Source: an uncultured Verrucomicrobiae bacterium (GTDB lineage Bacteria > Verrucomicrobiota > Verrucomicrobiia > Chthoniobacterales > UBA10450). From it: a stretch of DNA of 64,000 bases. Below are positions 20,367 through 28,626 of the stretch, one piece after another (position 1 is the first letter of the stretch; the number at the start of each line of letters is the position of its first letter). The stretch spans positions 256,001-320,000 of the forward strand of contig CAWIBO010000005.1 of the NCBI GenBank assembly GCA_963834385.1. The letters run 5' to 3'. The position numbers were made by a program, and so were the translations under genes. The notes beneath the pieces were generated by a model. The model worked only from the letters and a program-made list of their open reading frames with translations, ran no database searches and had not been told where the DNA came from.

Positions 20367-21905
20367 ATGATCAATATCCTGCGCAAAAACCAGCGAGCCC
20401 TCTGGATTGTCATCGCCTTCCTGGCCATCCCTTTCATTTTTTACTTTAGTAATTCCGACATCGGGGCGATCGGCTCGGACAATTTCGGTTCGGTCTACGA
20501 TCACCGCATCACCCAGGTGGAAATGCAGCGCGGCGTGCGCCTGCTCCAGCTCGCGCAGCAACTGGGGATGTTCGAGTATCTGCAGGATATGACCGCCGGG
20601 GCGCAGAGCGAGAGCGAGGCCTACCAGCGTTTCGTCATTACCCGCCTGATCCTGGAAAGAAATTTTGAGGAGCTGGGAATTGAGCCGACGGAGGCGCAGG
20701 TCGCGCAGGTGGTTAAAACGATGCCGGCGTTCCAGACCAACGGCAGCTTCGACCTTTCCAAATATAATGCCTTTACCCAGAACTCGCTGGGCTCACTCGG
20801 ATTTGCCGAAGCCCAGATCGAGCAGCTGGCCCGCGATGAATGGTCGCTCGACCGTCTCAAGCAGTTGCTGGGCGTGGGCGTGGAGGTGCCGGCGGCCGAG
20901 AGCAAACGCAACTTCGAGCAGGCCTATGGAAAGCTCGATGTGGTGGTCGCGCGCCTGGCCAACCAGGACGTCGACAAGGAAATCACGGTGAGTGACGAGG
21001 ACGTCGTCAAATATTACGAGTCGCAGAAGTCCGCGCTCAAGACCGAGGAGAAACGCCGGGTCCAGTTTGTCACTTTTGCCCTGACCGAGGAGCAGAAGAA
21101 ACTGACGGGCAAGGAGCGGCTCGACCAGCTCCAGAAGCTGGCCGACACCGCCTCGAGCTTTGCCGAGGAGATCGCTTCGCCCCAGAGCGATTTCGCGCAG
21201 CTGGCCGCTCGCTATCAGTTGCCGGTGGAGAGCACCGGGGAATTCACCCCGGCCGCGCCCGATCCGCTTTTGAAGGAAAAGCCGGAGCTGACCCAGGCCG
21301 CCAACCAGCTCACCCCGCAGGATCCCGTGAGCGATATCGTCCAGACCAATGAAGGGTTTCATCTCGTCCGCCTGACCGACCATGCGCCCGCCCGGCTCCT
21401 GACCATGGAGGAAGCGCGACCGCAGGTCGTGGAAGCGATGAGGAAGAACAAGCTTCGCGCGCAACTGGCGCTCAAGGCGGCCATGGGCACGCAGGAGGTG
21501 CGCGAGAAGATCAAGGCCGGCACGCCGGCCGAGGAAGCGCTGCGGCAGGCGGGTTTCAAGCCCGAACGCGTCCCGCAGTTTGCCCTGCTCGACCCGGCCC
21601 CGACGCCGGCACCAGCCGCGGAAGGTTCACCCACGCCGGCTCCGAAACCTGAGACGCCGGACCTCGACCGGATCAAACAAGCAGTCATGGAATTGAATCC
21701 CGGCGAAGTTTCACAATTTGTCCCGACCGAGAACGGTGGGCTTGTGGCCGTGCTGGAAAAACGGGAAGCGGTTTCTGGTGCCGAATCGGAGGAACAACGG
21801 GCCGCGCTGGACGCCCGGATCCGGCAGGGCCGCCTCTCGATTGTCTTTCAGGAGTGGCTCAAGGAGCGCCGGGAACAGGCGAACGTCCAGCTCGCGGGAG
21901 CCTGA
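20367..21905 (+). CDS. PpiD/SurA N-terminal domain periplasmic chaperone
   Basis: N-terminal TM anchor, PAFQTNGSFDLSKY, degenerate parvulin-like region. Confidence 0.8.
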   Translation: MINILRKNQRALWIVIAFLAIPFIFYFSNSDIGAIGSDNFGSVYDHRITQVEMQRGVRLLQLAQQLGMFEYLQDMTAGAQSESEAYQRFVITRLILERNFEELGIEPTEAQVAQVVKTMPAFQTNGSFDLSKYNAFTQNSLGSLGFAEAQIEQLARDEWSLDRLKQLLGVGVEVPAAESKRNFEQAYGKLDVVVARLANQDVDKEITVSDEDVVKYYESQKSALKTEEKRRVQFVTFALTEEQKKLTGKERLDQLQKLADTASSFAEEIASPQSDFAQLAARYQLPVESTGEFTPAAPDPLLKEKPELTQAANQLTPQDPVSDIVQTNEGFHLVRLTDHAPARLLTMEEARPQVVEAMRKNKLRAQLALKAAMGTQEVREKIKAGTPAEEALRQAGFKPERVPQFALLDPAPTPAPAAEGSPTPAPKPETPDLDRIKQAVMELNPGEVSQFVPTENGGLVAVLEKREAVSGAESEEQRAALDARIRQGRLSIVFQEWLKERREQANVQLAGA

Positions 21906-21918
21906 GCCCGCGCTGCGC

Positions 21919-22251
21919 ATGCCGACGCGCGACGATCTCTTCGATGATGCCAACGGCGATCTCGCTGTGGGCGACCTCGAGAGTGCGGTCGAAAAGTATC
22001 GGCAATGCGTTCAGCTCGATCCGCAGTTTTTTGACGGCTGGCACGCCTTGGGGATGGCCTTGATGAAGGTGGGCCGGTTCCCGGAGGCGATCGAAGCGGG
22101 GAAACGGGCCACGGAGCTGCGCCCCAATGACCAGATTGGCTGGACCAGCCTTTCCCTTTTTTACAACCGCAACGGCGACATCAAGGAAGCGGAAGCGGCC
22201 GGGACCAAGGCGAAGATCCTGGGTTGGGGCGGCAAGATTGCGAAGGAATAG
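21919..22251 (+). CDS. Small TPR protein
   Basis: TPR repeats (AVEKYRQCVQLDP, WHALGMAL). Confidence 0.85.
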   Translation: MPTRDDLFDDANGDLAVGDLESAVEKYRQCVQLDPQFFDGWHALGMALMKVGRFPEAIEAGKRATELRPNDQIGWTSLSLFYNRNGDIKEAEAAGTKAKILGWGGKIAKE

Positions 22252-22620
22252 ATGAAGATCACGGGCGGTTGCTGCTGCGAGAAGATCCGTTACGAGGCGG
22301 AGGGCGAGATTTTGCACCGGGCCAATTGTCATTGTGCGAATTGCCGGCACGCCATCGGCGCGCAGGCCGTGGCCTGGATCACTGTGCGGCGGGATTGCTT
22401 TTCCTGGCAGCAGGGGACGCCCCGGCATTATCTGACCGGCAGCGGCGCCACGCGCGCATTCTGCGGACAATGCGGCACTTCGCTCACCTACGAGAACCCG
22501 GCGCGCCCCGGCGAGATCGACCTGACCACGGGGAGTCTCGACGACCCGGAGCAGTTCGCGCCGCGCAAGGATGTTTTCCCCGAGGAAAAACTTTCCTGGG
22601 TGCCGTTGGTAAAGGACTGA
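22252..22620 (+). CDS. GFA/CENP-V family Zn-binding protein
   Basis: GGCCC..CHCANCR..FCGQCGTSL. Confidence 0.92.
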   Translation: MKITGGCCCEKIRYEAEGEILHRANCHCANCRHAIGAQAVAWITVRRDCFSWQQGTPRHYLTGSGATRAFCGQCGTSLTYENPARPGEIDLTTGSLDDPEQFAPRKDVFPEEKLSWVPLVKD

Positions 22621-22643
22621 GGGAACTTTCTTTACCCCTTTCG

Positions 22644-22669
22644 CATCCGGGCCTGTGGGGATGCCGTAA
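22644..22669 (+). promoter_or_regulatory. Putative ECF-sigma promoter (CATCC-N16-CGTAA)
   Basis: Resembles SigK-type ECF promoters; lies 8 nt upstream of the GTG at 22678. Confidence 0.4.
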
Positions 22670-22677
22670 GACCTTGA

Positions 22678-24087
22678 GTGACGACCAGGGATCCGGGAGA
22701 AGAAAGAAAACGCGATAACAGCCGGGGATGGCCTGTCATTCTTCTCCTGGCCGCTCTTGCTCTCACGGCCTGCGACCGCGGCGGGACAACGTCCATCCCG
22801 GAGAAGAAAGCGGAGCAGCCCGCGGCTCCGGCTTCCGCCGCCAATGATTCCCTTGCGGTTGTCCTGACCCCGCACCGGGGGGAGTCGGAGACGGACAAAC
22901 GCATCGTCGAGCTGCAGGAACGGGTGCGTCTTTCCCCCGCGCAGGGCCCTTACCTTGAACGCCTCGGCTGGGCTTTCGTGGAGAAGGCTCGCATCAGCGG
23001 CGATGCCGGATTTTACACGCTGGCCGAGCAGGCCGCGCGCGCCCTCGACCAGGCCGCGCCGGGTGACCCGGCGGGGCTGCTTCTGCTCGGTCATGTTCGC
23101 CACACGCAGCATCGTTTTGCCGAGGCGGAGGAGATTGGGCGGCGGCTGACCGGACTGCGCGAGGCCCCATTTGATCACGCCTTGCTGGGGGACGCCTTGA
23201 TGGAGCAGGGGAAACTGGAGGAGGCGGTGGCGGTTTACCAGAAGATGGTGGACCTGCGGCCGGGGCTGCAAACCTACAGCCGGGTGGCTCATTTGCGCTG
23301 GTTGAAAGGCGACCTCGAAGGAGCGCTCGCCCTGATGCGCGAGGCGGTGAACGCGGGCGGCGCCGGCGCGAAGGAAGCCACGGCCTGGGCCCTGACGCGA
23401 CGCGCCGGCTATGAATGGCAGTCGGGGATGTTGCCGGAGGCGCGCGCCAGTGTTCAGGCGGCGCTCGAGTTTGTGCCCGGCTACGCTCCGGCCCTGCTCA
23501 TGGAAGGGCGGATTCTGCTGGGCGCAGGACGCGCCGGCGAAGCTGTGCGCCCGTTGCAGGAGGCGGCGAAACTCAGCCCGCTGCCGGAATATCTCTGGAC
23601 GCTTTCCGAGGCCCTGCGCGCTTCCGATCGCGCAACGGAGGCCCAATCCGTGGAGGACGAACTTCAAAAGCGCGGCGGGGATGACGCCCGCACTTATTCC
23701 CTTTTCCTCGCCACCCGGGGAAGCAACCCGGCCCGTGCGCTCGCCCTGGCCGAGGCGGAGCTGCGGGAGCGCCAGGACGTGTTCACCCGCGATGCCCTGG
23801 CCTGGTCGCTTTATTCCAATGGGCGCCCGCAGGAAGCGCGCGCGGAGATGGAGAAGGCCCTGCGGGAAGGGACAAGGGATGGTCGCCTTTTCCTACACGC
23901 CGCCGTCATTGCCGCGTCCATGCAGGAAACAGCTGTCGCCGAGCGCCACCTCGCCGAGGCGCGTCTCTTCGCGCCGATGCTGTTGCCTTCCGAGCAAAAA
24001 GCGCTCGAGGACCTGGCCGCATCGCTCTCCTCCGGGTATTCGCAAATTTCCAACCAACCAACCAACGAAAGAAAAGACAACAGATGA
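22678..24087 (+). CDS. TPR-repeat lipoprotein
   Basis: Lipobox LTAC; multiple TPRs; 4-bp overlap with the next gene. Confidence 0.85.
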   Translation: MTTRDPGEERKRDNSRGWPVILLLAALALTACDRGGTTSIPEKKAEQPAAPASAANDSLAVVLTPHRGESETDKRIVELQERVRLSPAQGPYLERLGWAFVEKARISGDAGFYTLAEQAARALDQAAPGDPAGLLLLGHVRHTQHRFAEAEEIGRRLTGLREAPFDHALLGDALMEQGKLEEAVAVYQKMVDLRPGLQTYSRVAHLRWLKGDLEGALALMREAVNAGGAGAKEATAWALTRRAGYEWQSGMLPEARASVQAALEFVPGYAPALLMEGRILLGAGRAGEAVRPLQEAAKLSPLPEYLWTLSEALRASDRATEAQSVEDELQKRGGDDARTYSLFLATRGSNPARALALAEAELRERQDVFTRDALAWSLYSNGRPQEARAEMEKALREGTRDGRLFLHAAVIAASMQETAVAERHLAEARLFAPMLLPSEQKALEDLAASLSSGYSQISNQPTNERKDNR

Positions 24088-25997
24088 TAACAAGACTCCG
24101 AACGAAGATCCTCGCCTGCGTGGGCATGGCGCTTCTTGCCTGCCCCGCCTTCGTGCCGGGGCCCGTGGAGGCTTCCAGTCACATGGACGCCCCCCTGATC
24201 ACCCTCGATCCCGCAGCCAACACGACCGACGTCTACGCCTTCCTGCGGACGCGTCCGTCCGACAACGCCAAGGTGCTGGTGGTGGCCCTGGCGGTCTATC
24301 CGTTCGAGGAACCGGGGATCGGTCCGAACAAGTACAACTTCGACGACAACGTGCTCTACGAGATCCACGTGGCCACGGGAAGCGATGTCGCCGCGGGGAA
24401 CGCGACCATCTCGTATCAATTCCGTTTCGAGACGATGTTTAAGAATTCGAACACCATCCTGCAGTCCTACACCGGCGTGGTGGAGAACGTGGACGATCCC
24501 GACCAGAACCTCGTGCAGCGTTACACCGTCTCGAAGGTGGTGCGCCAGGGCGGAGGCGTCACCGGCAACATGCTGGGCGGCGGCATTGTCCCGCCCAATA
24601 ACCAGGGCATCGCCACTCCGTTCTATAACCTCGACGACAACGGCGAAAACCCGGCCCGCCCGGGCGTGGCGTCGCTCGCCGAGCTCGACCGCTACACCAT
24701 GCAGTCCATCGTCAGCCTCGCGCCTTCCACCGCCACCTACCGCGTTTTCGCGGGTCAGCGTGAAGACGGATTCTATGGTGACATCCAGGCGATCTTCGAT
24801 CTGCTGCAGTTGCGCTCGGGCAAAACCAGCTTCGACAGCCAGGCCGGCTTCAACGTCCACGAGATTGTGCTGGAAATTCCGATTTCCGAGTTCGGTGGGG
24901 ACGACCAGCAGCAGGTTGGCGTTTATGCCACGACCAGCCGCCAGTCCACCCGCGTCCTGAGCGAGAACCCCGGGTCGCCGGCCCAGACACTCACGGGTGA
25001 GTTCGTCCAGGTCGGTCGCCAGGGGAATCCGCTCTTCAACGAAGGGCTCGTGGCCATCGCCGACAAGGATCTCTACAGCCGCACCAAGCCGAGTTCTGAC
25101 GCGGCCCTCTTCGACAAGTATGCCCGCTCGCCCGAACTGGCGAAGCTGATCAATGCGATCGTCTTTGGGCAGACAGTTGCCCCCGAGGAGAACCGCACCG
25201 ATCTGGTCGGCATCTTCATCCCCGACCTGATCAGGGTCGATCTTTCCACCGGGCCGGCGCGCCTGGCCGGTGGCGGCCCCAACTTCGCCGCCAATCCTGA
25301 CGAACAGGGTTTCAGCCGCATGAGCATTTTCGGCGGGGACACGCTCACCAGCACGATCACCGAGGGTTTTGGCGACGGCGCCGTTCCCGGCGGCTGGCCC
25401 AACGGCCGCCGTTACGGTGACGACGTGGTGGACATTGCCGTGACCGCGATCATCAGCGATCTGCGCACCAGCCCGCCCACGATTCGCTCGGCCGATGGCA
25501 TTGATAACGTGAGCAGGAACGACCGCGCTTACAGCAAGGTTTTCCCCTATGCCTCGACCCCGCTCAACGGTCGTAACCACGAGCATCACAACATCACCGC
25601 GACGGGTGGGGGACCGGCCCGGTTCCAGAACATCTCGACCCGTGGCGTGGTCCAGACCGACGACGGCGTCCTCATCGGCGGCGTGATCATCGGCGGCTCC
25701 AGCAACCAGACGGTCGTCATCCGGGCCATCGGACCGTCCCTCTCGGGCAGCAATGTGCCTGATCCGCTGGCCGATCCCGTCCTTGAGGTCTACAGCGGCT
25801 CGACGCTGATCGCGATGAACGACAACTGGATGCAGTCGAACGACAGCATGCGCATCCAGGATGCGGGCCTCGCGCCGACGGATGGCGCCGAAGCCGCCGT
25901 CTTCCTCGAGCTCGCTCCGGGAGCCTACACCTTCATCGTCCGCGGGAAGGACATGACGACCGGGATTGGACTGGTCGAAGCCTACGCGGTGGAATAA
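24084..25997 (+). CDS. DUF4331 family secreted protein with C-terminal NISTRG domain
   Basis: ASSHMDAP..DVYAF, FAGQREDGF, WPNGRRYGDDVVD, FPY; then NISTRG..VIRAIGPSL..NDNW..LAPGAYT..LVEAY. Confidence 0.88.
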   Translation: MITRLRTKILACVGMALLACPAFVPGPVEASSHMDAPLITLDPAANTTDVYAFLRTRPSDNAKVLVVALAVYPFEEPGIGPNKYNFDDNVLYEIHVATGSDVAAGNATISYQFRFETMFKNSNTILQSYTGVVENVDDPDQNLVQRYTVSKVVRQGGGVTGNMLGGGIVPPNNQGIATPFYNLDDNGENPARPGVASLAELDRYTMQSIVSLAPSTATYRVFAGQREDGFYGDIQAIFDLLQLRSGKTSFDSQAGFNVHEIVLEIPISEFGGDDQQQVGVYATTSRQSTRVLSENPGSPAQTLTGEFVQVGRQGNPLFNEGLVAIADKDLYSRTKPSSDAALFDKYARSPELAKLINAIVFGQTVAPEENRTDLVGIFIPDLIRVDLSTGPARLAGGGPNFAANPDEQGFSRMSIFGGDTLTSTITEGFGDGAVPGGWPNGRRYGDDVVDIAVTAIISDLRTSPPTIRSADGIDNVSRNDRAYSKVFPYASTPLNGRNHEHHNITATGGGPARFQNISTRGVVQTDDGVLIGGVIIGGSSNQTVVIRAIGPSLSGSNVPDPLADPVLEVYSGSTLIAMNDNWMQSNDSMRIQDAGLAPTDGAEAAVFLELAPGAYTFIVRGKDMTTGIGLVEAYAVE

Positions 25998-26061
25998 CCA
26001 CGCCACTCTTTCGCGTCCGGGCGCCTGGCGTCCGGACGCGAAACACGGTGGCAGGAGCCAG

Positions 26062-27129
26062 ATGCAACTGTTCTGTTTCAGGAAGACGATCCTTGCCGGG
26101 ATCGTTTTTCTCTTTTCGGTGGGGGCGAGCCACGGGCATGATCCCGGGCTCAGCTCACTCCGGGTGGAACTGAAAGATCGGGAGGTCGAGATCGTCCTCA
26201 CCTTCAACGAGAGCGACGTGGCCGGGATTGCCGGCGAGGAGGCCGGGCGTCCGACCGACGAAGCTCTCAGGACCCTGGCGGGGCGTGCCCTGACATTCCA
26301 TGCCGGCGAACCCGCGCTGCAACCGTTCTCGGTCGATGCGAGGCGTGAAGGCGAAAACAACGTTGAGTTTCGCTATCAATTCCGCCGACCGGACGGAGTG
26401 GTGTCCTACTCCCTGGAGTCGCGTCTCCTCCCGGAACTTTCTTTCGGACATCGTCAGGCGCTCGTGGTCGTGGAGGGGGACGGCCGGGAAACTTTTCGAA
26501 GCCTCCTCAGCGGGCGGGATGCGCGGTTCGCGTTTGTCCCCGCGGCGGGATCCTCCGCCACGACGGAAGGGTTCTGGGGCTTCTTTCGGCTGGGGTTGCA
26601 TCACATCATCACCGGTTACGACCATCTGTTGTTCCTTTTTGGGCTTCTCCTGGTCTGTCACCGGATGCGGTCGGCCCTTCTTCTCATCACCGCCTTCACC
26701 GTGGCCCACTCCCTCACTCTTGCTCTTTCGGTTTTCGGGCTGGTCGATCTTCCGGGACGCCTGGTGGAGGCTGTTATTGCCGCCTCCATCCTTTACGTCG
26801 GACTGGAGAATCTTATTCGGCGCGGGGCCGAGTCGCGCTGGCGTGTTCTTCTCTGCTTCTCGTTTGGCCTTGTCCATGGCCTCGGGTTTGCCGGAGTTCT
26901 TCACGAAATGGGGATCGCGCAAACCGGGGCGGCTGCCGCGGTCCCGCTTCTCGCCTTCAACGCGGGAGTCGAAGCCGGTCAGCTCGGGATTGCCGCCCTC
27001 CTTTTGCCGCTGCTCTGGGCGCTCCGGCGCCGGCCGGCATTCCTCCGGATGGGAGTTCCCGTTCTTTCTCTTCTCGTGGCCGGGGCGGGTGCCTGGTGGC
27101 TGCTCGAGCGCGTGTTCTCCCAAGGGTAA
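26062..27129 (+). CDS. HupE/UreJ-like membrane protein with N-terminal periplasmic domain
   Basis: GLHHIITGYDHLLF, AFTVAHSLT, FGLVHGLGFA, FNAGVEAGQ. Confidence 0.88.
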   Translation: MQLFCFRKTILAGIVFLFSVGASHGHDPGLSSLRVELKDREVEIVLTFNESDVAGIAGEEAGRPTDEALRTLAGRALTFHAGEPALQPFSVDARREGENNVEFRYQFRRPDGVVSYSLESRLLPELSFGHRQALVVVEGDGRETFRSLLSGRDARFAFVPAAGSSATTEGFWGFFRLGLHHIITGYDHLLFLFGLLLVCHRMRSALLLITAFTVAHSLTLALSVFGLVDLPGRLVEAVIAASILYVGLENLIRRGAESRWRVLLCFSFGLVHGLGFAGVLHEMGIAQTGAAAAVPLLAFNAGVEAGQLGIAALLLPLLWALRRRPAFLRMGVPVLSLLVAGAGAWWLLERVFSQG

Positions 27130-27187
27130 CTCCAGGGGAGCAGGCGACCCCGGTTGCGGTCACGCGCCGATGCTGGCATGCTCGTGC

Positions 27188-27442
27188 ATGGCCAAGAAAA
27201 TGTCCGCAAACACGACAATGGGGATCACCGCCGCGGTGGTGGCGGCCGCGGTGCCGATCGTGATCAAAACCGTGACGACCATTTTGAACAGGAGATCGGC
27301 CAAGGCGAAAAAGAAGTTGGCAGCCAAAACGGCGACAAAAGTGCCCAGCCGCCGGAAGAAAGTTTCCGGGACGCGGAAGCGGACCTCGCGGAAGGCATCG
27401 CCGAAGGCGGTCAAGCCCGCGATCGATTCGCTCCCGGGCTAG
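27188..27442 (+). CDS. Small basic hypothetical protein
   Basis: Hydrophobic N-terminal segment followed by a Lys/Arg-rich tail. Confidence 0.55.
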   Translation: MAKKMSANTTMGITAAVVAAAVPIVIKTVTTILNRRSAKAKKKLAAKTATKVPSRRKKVSGTRKRTSRKASPKAVKPAIDSLPG

Positions 27443-27450
27443 GAGCGACC

Positions 27451-28545
27451 TTAAATGCCAATGCGCAGCCGCTCGGCATAGGAGCCGTCGGCGAAGATCG
27501 TCCGGCTCTCGCCGTCGCCTCCGCGCAGCGTCATTCTGCTGATCTGCACAGGGCAGCCGCGGGCAAAGACGAAATCCTCGTGCCAGACGTGCCGCGGGTC
27601 GCTGAAGGCGTCCGGCCCGACGCTCCCGCCCAGGTGTTCGCTACGTCCCAGCGCGATGTGCGGCCCGGCTTTTTCGTCCTCCAGCACATTGCCCCAGACG
27701 CGCGCCCTGGGATTACAGCCCAGGCCGAGTTCCGCGACATTGCGGCGGGCGGCGTCGGCAAAAAGAAATGTCCGCGCCTCGCGCGCCGCCTCGGAATCTC
27801 CCAGCACTTCCTCGACCCTGTTTTGTTCGATGCGCAGCCGGACAACGTCGCCATGCCATGGCACTGGCAGAACACCTCCCGTGCGGCTGGGTTCGCCCTT
27901 CTCGCCTTCATAAGCGGCGATGTAGGCTTCCCCGCTCGGAAGATTGATCAGACGGGGAGGCGGTTGATGACGCGGGAGCTGGCCATCATCCACCTCCGGC
28001 TCCCGAAATCGAAAATCGAAGACGAACGAGTCGCCGGTGGAAAATTCAATGAGCGCTTCCTCGGCCGCCAGGAGTTCGTCGCGCAGGCGGGCGCAGGCCG
28101 CGGCGACTTCGCGATAATCCGCCGCCAGCGCGGTTTCCTCCATCGCCGGCGCCACCCGGGGCAGGGAAGCGGCTCGAAGGGCCGGGAATTTTTTTCCCCA
28201 GACGATGAGCGGTGCGGAGGCGGAGTATTCGGTCAGGGCGAGGAGAAGCGTCGTTTGGCCGAGAAATTCGGACAGCGGCACGGTCTTCCCCTCCATCTCG
28301 CCGGTCGCCGGCAGATCGCCGTTGTTCATCCCGGTGGCGGGATAACGAAAAAGCGGCAGGACGCGGAACTGCCGCTGCTCCCCCAGGGCGACGAGCGCGG
28401 CATGCCAGCGTTGGGCCATCTCCCGGCGCCGCAGCCAGGCTTCGTTGTCATCGATTCCATCATGCGGCAGGTCCACCGCGACCGCGGCGACTTCGCCCGC
28501 CTCGGGGGCAAAGACATCGGCAAAGAGCCGGCCCAGATCAAGCAT
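27451..28545 (-). CDS. M29-like aminopeptidase-related protein
   Basis: NLPSGEAY, AELGLG, EDEKAGPHIALGRSEHLGG, HEDFV. Confidence 0.7.
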   Translation of the reverse strand: MLDLGRLFADVFAPEAGEVAAVAVDLPHDGIDDNEAWLRRREMAQRWHAALVALGEQRQFRVLPLFRYPATGMNNGDLPATGEMEGKTVPLSEFLGQTTLLLALTEYSASAPLIVWGKKFPALRAASLPRVAPAMEETALAADYREVAAACARLRDELLAAEEALIEFSTGDSFVFDFRFREPEVDDGQLPRHQPPPRLINLPSGEAYIAAYEGEKGEPSRTGGVLPVPWHGDVVRLRIEQNRVEEVLGDSEAAREARTFLFADAARRNVAELGLGCNPRARVWGNVLEDEKAGPHIALGRSEHLGGSVGPDAFSDPRHVWHEDFVFARGCPVQISRMTLRGGDGESRTIFADGSYAERLRIGI

Positions 28546-28626
28546 GGCAGGAAAAACCGCCGCGCGCGCGGAGGGCGCGCACGGCGGTCGTCGTTTCTCC
28601 TTGTTGCGGAAAGAGATTCTTCCCGG

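Noticed and set aside
21859..26360. Long antisense ORFs (21859-23667, 23811-26360; also 608-1984, 29128-30810, 56458-58395, 61988-63793)
   Set aside because: They are shadow frames of well-supported genes, expected in high-GC DNA, and carry no recognisable motifs.
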